Shown piece by piece: positions 58,286 to 64,000 of a stretch of DNA of 64,000 bases. The notes beneath the pieces were generated by a model. That model made no database searches. It was given only the letters and a program-made list of their open reading frames with translations, and had not been told where the DNA came from. Origin of the DNA: Kofleriaceae bacterium (GTDB taxonomy: Bacteria; Myxococcota_A; Polyangia; Haliangiales; Haliangiaceae); contig CBDCCZ010000040.1 of assembly GCA_965215005.1 (NCBI GenBank), positions 1 to 64,000 of the forward strand. The letters are read 5' to 3'. The position numbers and the translations under genes are program-made. Positions within the stretch are counted from its first letter, which is position 1. Every line of letters begins with the position of its first letter.

Positions 58286-59800
58286 ATGCTCCGTTTCAGT
58301 ATCCGTCTCGCCATCTTCATCTCGCTTCTGCCCATAGCGCCTGCCGCGGCGGAAGAGATCGACACCTACACGCTCGGCCAGCTCCTCGAGGTGGCCTCGC
58401 ATCAAGATCCCGACCTCGCGCTCGCCCGCGTCGATGTCGCGGTGGCGAACGCCGCCATTCTACAAGCGGCAGGTCTCGACGATTGGCTCCTGGACGCCAC
58501 GGCTCGCTACTCGAGCACCTACGGCGAGCAGTTCGGGTTGACCAGCAAGAGCTCCGGCTACAACGCCGAGGCCAATCTCAGTCGCTCGTTCTTCACCGGC
58601 GGCACCGTCACGCTTCACGCCGATGCGCAGCACACGAGCAGCACATTTTTCCAGAACGTCTCGATGGATGGCATGCCCGACATGTTCCAGGAGGTCCAAA
58701 CCCGCCGCTACGCCAACGCCGCGACGATCATCTTGAACCAGCCGCTGCTCGAAGGCCGCGGCCGGCGGGTGGCCCGTGCGGCGCAGGCGCGGAGCGATCT
58801 CAGTCGCAGCGTGCAGCTGCTCGCGCTCGAGGCAGCCGCAGTGAGCAGCGTGCGCGACGTGATTCGAGGATTTTGGGAGCTGGTGTACGCCTGGCAAGAC
58901 GTCGAAATCCGCCGCGGCAGCCTCACGCTGGCCGAAGAGCGGTTGCGCATCACCCGAGCCGGCATCGAAGGCGGGGCGGTGGCGCCTACCGAGGCGCTGG
59001 CGGTGGAGCAGGCGATCGCCGCTCGGCAAGAAGAGATTCTCGCCGCGGAGCTGGCGATCACCGAGCGTTCGATCGAGCTGCGTCGAATGGTGGGGCTGGA
59101 AATCGGGCCCGGCGACCTCGAGATGCGCCCTGCCGCCGAGCTGCTTGCAGAGACCCAAGAGCTCGATCTGAACGCCCTGCTCCCCGAGGCATTTCGCCAG
59201 AGCCCAGAGATCGCCGTGCTCAGCAAACGCGAAGAAGGCGCCGAGCTCGAGGTCGCCGTCACCCAAAACGGGCTGTTGCCGGCACTGGATTTCACCGGCT
59301 TCGTCGGTCCGTTCGGCTTCGACACGCAGAGCGCGAGCAACGCCCTCTCGAACCTGTTCACGTTCAACGATTACACCTTCAGTGTCGGCCTGCGGTTCGA
59401 GCACAACTTAGGCAATCGCGCGGCGCGCGGTGCGGTCGGGCTGCAGCGCGCTGAGCTCACCCGCGTGCGCATCAATCTCGCTGATGCGCGCATGCAGATC
59501 GCCGCGACGCTGGCGCTGGCGGTCAAACAGGCCAACGCCGCAGCGCTGCGTATGCAGCTCAGCCAGCGCGCCATCGACATCACGCAACGCAACATCGAAG
59601 CCGAACAAGCACGCTTCGAGCTCGGCCGCGCCACCAACTTCGATGTTCTGCAGCGGCAAGAAGAGCTCAAGCAAGCGCAGCTTCGCTACGCGCGCGCGGT
59701 GGTCGACTATCTTTCCGCCGTCGCGGTGGTCGATGCTATCACCGGCGGTATTCTGCCCAAGTACGGCATCACCGTGCTTCCCGAAGAAGCTCGGCAATAG
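58286..59800 (+). CDS. TolC-family outer membrane protein
   Basis: Signal peptide; QPLLEGRG; LLPALD; EQARFELGRATNFDVL..YARAVVDY. Confidence 0.9.
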   Translation: MLRFSIRLAIFISLLPIAPAAAEEIDTYTLGQLLEVASHQDPDLALARVDVAVANAAILQAAGLDDWLLDATARYSSTYGEQFGLTSKSSGYNAEANLSRSFFTGGTVTLHADAQHTSSTFFQNVSMDGMPDMFQEVQTRRYANAATIILNQPLLEGRGRRVARAAQARSDLSRSVQLLALEAAAVSSVRDVIRGFWELVYAWQDVEIRRGSLTLAEERLRITRAGIEGGAVAPTEALAVEQAIAARQEEILAAELAITERSIELRRMVGLEIGPGDLEMRPAAELLAETQELDLNALLPEAFRQSPEIAVLSKREEGAELEVAVTQNGLLPALDFTGFVGPFGFDTQSASNALSNLFTFNDYTFSVGLRFEHNLGNRAARGAVGLQRAELTRVRINLADARMQIAATLALAVKQANAAALRMQLSQRAIDITQRNIEAEQARFELGRATNFDVLQRQEELKQAQLRYARAVVDYLSAVAVVDAITGGILPKYGITVLPEEARQ

Positions 59801-59856
59801 TTACGACACCGCGCCGATGTGCCGCTCGGCGTCGCTACGCCAGCGCCCCCGCCGCG

Positions 59857-61317
59857 TTACGGCAGCTCGATCGTAAAGGTGGTGCCGTCGGTTTCCGTAG
59901 AGTGAAGCGCGATGGTGCCGCCGTGCGCCTCGATCACCTGGCGCGCGATGAACAGTCCCAGCCCGATGCCTTCGCGCTCGCCGCTGGACTCGCCGCGTCG
60001 AAACGGCAAGAACAGCTCCGTCTGCACGTGCGGCGGAATCGGCCGCCCACGGTTGTGCACGCTGAGTAGCGTACGTTGGTCGTCTTGACGCAACGCGACC
60101 GTGACCGCAGCCGACGGATCGCCGTGTTGCGCCGCATTGACAATGAGGTTGACCGCTGCCTGCGTAAACCGGTCGGGATCGAGCTCGAGGATGGGTTCGG
60201 CGCCGAGCTCGAGCTCGATGACGCGCAGCGGATACGCATCGCGAACTTCGTCCACCGCCTCGCGCAAAAGTGGCGCAAGCCGCACCTCTTGGCGCTCGAG
60301 CGGCACACTCTGCCCCTGCTGGGTGCGCGCATAGTCGAGGATGCTGTCGACCAGGCGCGCCGCTCGCGATAGCGCGCTCTGCATGCGAGCCAGCACCCGC
60401 GCCTGATCGACGGCCGAGCTGCCGGTAGCTATCACGTCGATGCCCATGGCCAGCGCATTGAGCGGATTGCGCAGGTCGTGGCTCACGATCGCCAGCACGT
60501 CTTCGCGAAACTGCAGCGCGTCGCGCAGCGCCTGCTCGAGCCGCTTGGGCTCGGTGATGTCAGCAGCGGCGCCAACCAGCCCACAGACCGCTCCGCTGTC
60601 ATCTCGGCGCGGCTCCACCTCGATAGCAAAGTGCCGATCGCCACCGCCGGCGGCCATGACCATGCTCATCTGCGCGCGCTCACCGCTCTCTAGCGCGCGG
60701 CGCTTGAACGCCTCGAGCTCGACCGCCACCTGCGCATCCGCGATCACGTCGCGGTCACGCTTGCCGAGCAGCTCCATGTCGCGAAAACCGGCTTGTGGGT
60801 TGTAGACCCACGTATAGCGGAGCTCGCTATCCTGCTCAAAAACCGCCGTGTGTCCCCGCCCCAGTGCCAAGCGAAACCGGTCGCGTTCGCGCCGATCCTC
60901 TCGCGCCACGTCCTCGAGATGCGCGCTGATCGAAGCAACCATTGCGTCGTCGAGGGCACGGTGCAGAACGTCGAGCTCGCCGGTGGTCGCCGCGGTGCGC
61001 TCCCCCTGCACCAGCGCGATCAATAAGCTGCGCAACAGCGAGAACTCCACCGTCACGTCGGAGATGGGAATCTGGGCGCTTCGGCGGTGGTGGGCGTGTG
61101 TCTTGGCGGCCTCGAAACTCGCCGCAGCGTCGGCGGTGTTAAGGCGTCGCTCGACCACGTCGCACAGCTCGTCGTAGAGGCCGGGAAATGCATCGACGCG
61201 CTCGTGATGCGGTAGATCTTGGATGCTCTGCGGCAGCTCGAGGTGGCGGACCCAGGCATCGAGCACCACATCGCGGCGGTCCTTGAGCAGCGCCGCCATC
61301 GGATGGCTATTCATCAT
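59857..61317 (-). CDS. cytoplasmic PAS sensor histidine kinase (RsbRD-like N-terminus)
   Basis: FEQDSELRYTWVYNP PAS; VSHDLRNPL; NLIVNA; HNRG; GIGLGL. Confidence 0.92.
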   Translation of the reverse strand: MMNSHPMAALLKDRRDVVLDAWVRHLELPQSIQDLPHHERVDAFPGLYDELCDVVERRLNTADAAASFEAAKTHAHHRRSAQIPISDVTVEFSLLRSLLIALVQGERTAATTGELDVLHRALDDAMVASISAHLEDVAREDRRERDRFRLALGRGHTAVFEQDSELRYTWVYNPQAGFRDMELLGKRDRDVIADAQVAVELEAFKRRALESGERAQMSMVMAAGGGDRHFAIEVEPRRDDSGAVCGLVGAAADITEPKRLEQALRDALQFREDVLAIVSHDLRNPLNALAMGIDVIATGSSAVDQARVLARMQSALSRAARLVDSILDYARTQQGQSVPLERQEVRLAPLLREAVDEVRDAYPLRVIELELGAEPILELDPDRFTQAAVNLIVNAAQHGDPSAAVTVALRQDDQRTLLSVHNRGRPIPPHVQTELFLPFRRGESSGEREGIGLGLFIARQVIEAHGGTIALHSTETDGTTFTIELP

Positions 61318-61375
61318 TGATAATCCGCTGATCCTGACCGCTTCGTCCCGCGCTCCGCCGCCGGACCACGAGGGA

Positions 61376-62140
61376 TTAGTCGCGCAGGCCGATGAAGCCC
61401 ATGTGGACGCCGCCTTCTGTACCATCCCGGCGGTAAGAGAAAAAGCGTTCCGGGGTGCATCGCGTGCACGGCGGCTCGTCATCTATGTGCGCCGCCGCGA
61501 CTCCGACCGCCTCGAGCACCGCCCGCGTCGCCACCCGCAGGTCCACATGGTCCTTGCGCGGACCCGCCACGATCAGCCCCGGTAAGGCGCCAAAGCGCGC
61601 GACGAACGCAGCGACGACCTCGGCTCCGACCTCGAAGCAACAGACATCGATCGAAGGTCCCAACGCCACCCGAATATCGCGCGCGACCGAGCCGAGCTCG
61701 ATCATTCGCTCGACCACGTTGCCAGCGATCCCAGCGACGGTACCGCGCCATCCCGCATGCGCGGCGCCGCAGACCTTGGCGACGGGATCGGCGAAGATCA
61801 ACGGAATGCAGTCGGCGGCGAAGGCACCGAGCACCGCCCCCGGTTCGTTGGTCACGAGGCCATCAAACTCCGGCGGCTCGGCAAGCTCCTCGCCCACTCG
61901 CCAAACCTTTGCCCCGTGAACGTGTTTGGTCACTACCAGCCGCGCCGGGTCGAATCCGACGTGCTTGGCCAACAGCCGGCGATTTTCGTGCACGGCCTCG
62001 CTATCGTCGCCCCAGCGAAGCCCGAGATTGAGCGAAGCGCGCAGCCCAGTCGAGACGCCGCCGTGACGCTCGGGGAAGCCGTGCCTGAACAGCGCGCTGG
62101 GGATCACCGGCGAGACGTGCATGCGGATGGCGCCGCTCAT
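61376..62140 (-). CDS. pgeF: peptidoglycan editing factor PgeF/YfiH
   Basis: SLNLG..HVHG..DGLVT..ADCIP..HAGWRG..GPSI..FFSYRR; adjacent to rluD. Confidence 0.93.
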   Translation of the reverse strand: MSGAIRMHVSPVIPSALFRHGFPERHGGVSTGLRASLNLGLRWGDDSEAVHENRRLLAKHVGFDPARLVVTKHVHGAKVWRVGEELAEPPEFDGLVTNEPGAVLGAFAADCIPLIFADPVAKVCGAAHAGWRGTVAGIAGNVVERMIELGSVARDIRVALGPSIDVCCFEVGAEVVAAFVARFGALPGLIVAGPRKDHVDLRVATRAVLEAVGVAAAHIDDEPPCTRCTPERFFSYRRDGTEGGVHMGFIGLRD

Positions 62141-63090
62141 GGCGCCGGTTGTAGCACGCGCAGCGCGTCGAGAAGTGTCTGCATATCGGCGGGAGGCGGG
62201 GTCGTAAACGACAACGGCTGACCAGTGATCGGATGGATAAGCTCGAGCCGCGCTGCGTGCAACGCCTGCCGCCCCAAGGCCTCGGCAAGAGGTCGCACCG
62301 GGTGCCCCTTGAGCCGCCGCCCATACAGCGGATCGCCCACCAGCGGAGCCCCGTGATCAGCAAAGTGCACGCGGATTTGGTGCGTCCGTCCAGTCTCGAG
62401 CTGGCAACGAACCAGCGCCGCGAGCGGGCCGAATTGCTCGAGCACCTGCCAATGGGTGGTGGCGGGCTTGCCGCGGGCAACGCGCGAAGAGAAGCGCTTG
62501 CGATCGGTGGGATGGCGTCCGTGGAGCGTTGCAAACGTGCCCGCCAGCTGTGCCGGCGGCGGTGCCACCACCGCCACGTACTCGCGCACCAGCTGCTTGT
62601 GCGCAAACAGCGCCGCTAGCGCGCTGTGAGTGACATCGTCTTTGCTCGCGATCATGACTCCCGAGGTGTCCTTGTCGAGGCGGTGCACGATGCCTGGACG
62701 CAGCTGCCCGCCGATCCCGGAGAGGTCGTCGCAATGGTGCAACAGCGCGTTGACGAGCGTGCCGTCGCGATGGCCTGGAGCCGGATGCACCACCAAGCCA
62801 GCGGGCTTGTCGACGACGATGAGGTGGCGGTCCTCGAACAGAACGTCGAGAGCAATATCCTGCGGCACCGCCACGCTCGGCTCAGGAGGCCGCAGCCGAA
62901 GCTGTACGTCATCTCCCGTGCGCAACCGGGCGCCGGCTTTGGCCGGTGAGCCGTTAACCTCGACGGCGCCTTCGTCGATGAGCTTCTTGATCTGCGAGCG
63001 GGTGAAGGCGAGGCCCTGGTCGAGGACGAAGGCATCGAGCCGCGGCCGGGTTGCACCTTCGGCAACTCCGACCACGTAGCGCCTCACCAA
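62137..63090 (-). CDS. rluD: 23S rRNA pseudouridine synthase RluD
   Basis: S4 domain; [38 protein letters not shown]. Confidence 0.95.
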   Translation of the reverse strand: MVRRYVVGVAEGATRPRLDAFVLDQGLAFTRSQIKKLIDEGAVEVNGSPAKAGARLRTGDDVQLRLRPPEPSVAVPQDIALDVLFEDRHLIVVDKPAGLVVHPAPGHRDGTLVNALLHHCDDLSGIGGQLRPGIVHRLDKDTSGVMIASKDDVTHSALAALFAHKQLVREYVAVVAPPPAQLAGTFATLHGRHPTDRKRFSSRVARGKPATTHWQVLEQFGPLAALVRCQLETGRTHQIRVHFADHGAPLVGDPLYGRRLKGHPVRPLAEALGRQALHAARLELIHPITGQPLSFTTPPPADMQTLLDALRVLQPAP

Positions 63091-63350
63091 ATCTTCGATT
63101 TGACGTGTCCTTTGGACTTGACCAAAACATCTACGATCGCGCGGTCGTAGATGTTCTGCGCGTAGATCTCGGGCTTCACGCGACTCTTGAACAGCTCGCG
63201 TCCCTCTTCGATCTCGTCTCCCATGACCTCGAACAGCGAGTCGTTGGCGATGCCATCCAAGATCTTGGCCTCGTGGTACAGCGTGAGATCAGAGGCAATG
63301 GCGCGAGCGAGTTGACGCGCGCGCTTGGTGTTGTCGATGAGGGTCGCCAT
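63084..63350 (-). CDS. conserved 88-aa myxobacterial protein, probable RomX polarity factor
   Basis: [29 protein letters not shown]; size and position next to rluD match my recollection of M. xanthus romX. Confidence 0.55.
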   Translation of the reverse strand: MATLIDNTKRARQLARAIASDLTLYHEAKILDGIANDSLFEVMGDEIEEGRELFKSRVKPEIYAQNIYDRAIVDVLVKSKGHVKSKIW

Positions 63351-63637
63351 CGCCGGCGATCGTACGAAGGCGCTGCGCGGAGAGCAAGCCCGCGGCGCGC
63401 CAGCCTCGGCCAGACGTAGCCAAGCATGGCGAAAGCTATGGCGGCCAAGCGACGCGCGACTCGCGCAGCTTCGCATTGGCACCACCGCCGCTCACGATGC
63501 GCCCGCGCTCGCACCTACCCCGGCTGAAAGCGCAGCAGCGCCGACGCGCAAATCCGCAACCAGCGCCGCTACGAAGGGCTTGCCGGTGCGATCTTCGCGG
63601 TCCCCCGGCGGCGGTGCAAAGGTGCCCCGCGTGGTCT

Positions 63638-64000
63638 CTACAGCACCCGCTGGACGTTGCCGTCTTCTCCATCCAACAGCTCGCGCACGCGCCGGGCCAG
63701 CGTCTCCGGTTGGTACGGCTTGGCGAGAATGGCGACGTCTGCGTCCTCGAGTCGGGTTGCCAAGACCTCGGGCGAGTACCCCGACACGAACAGAAATCGC
63801 GCTTCTGGATGCAACACACTGAGCTGCTCGGCCATGGTGACGCCGTCGATGCCAGGCAGCACCATATCGACCACGACAGCGTCGAGGCGCTCGAGGTGAG
63901 GCCCAACCGCAGCCAGCGCCTCGCGCGGGTCGCGAGCGGTAAGCACTCGATAGCCGCGTTCTTCGAGACACTGGCTCATGACGTCGCGCACCAGCGGTGC
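63638..64000 (-). CDS. receiver domain (likely C-terminus of a hybrid histidine kinase; partial)
   Basis: GYRVLTA..DMVLPGIDG..FVSGY..LAKPY. Confidence 0.85.
   Translation of the reverse strand, partial: APLVRDVMSQCLEERGYRVLTARDPREALAAVGPHLERLDAVVVDMVLPGIDGVTMAEQLSVLHPEARFLFVSGYSPEVLATRLEDADVAILAKPYQPETLARRVRELLDGEDGNVQRVL

Overview
GC-rich sequence that looks myxobacterial (Haliangium/Kofleriaceae-like gene content; taxonomy is inference). It has scattered frameshifts, many in homopolymers, that are probably long-read errors. (1) 1-19067, minus strand: an extracellular contractile injection system (eCIS/Afp-PVC-like) with an atypical architecture. It encodes a DUF4255 cap, two sheaths, a tandem double-domain tube plus a single tube, a chaperone/DUF6760 pair and a 1359-aa Ala-rich protein. 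It also has a tube initiator without LysM, a VgrG split into one hub and two gp5/gpV spike genes (one with an Ig-like and tandem-repeat extension), a Zn-ribbon protein where PAAR usually sits, gp25 and baseplate J. (2) 19.4-27.5 kb: ferredoxin, two FHA sigma54 activators, a FliA/WhiG-like sigma factor behind a sigma54 promoter, a metallopeptidase, an inverted pair of DnaA boxes, a lipoprotein, an ATL protein and a MoaD-MoaE fusion. (3) 27.7-46.1 kb: a full gspC-N type II secretion operon preceded by a two-component system. (4) 48-56.7 kb: an IS-riddled defence islet with IS1182, IS3 and IS21 remnants, a gyrB fragment, an intact anti-phage dCTP deaminase and a disrupted Ser/Thr kinase. (5) 56.8-64 kb: M17 peptidase, TolC, PAS kinase, pgeF, rluD, a probable RomX and a receiver domain.
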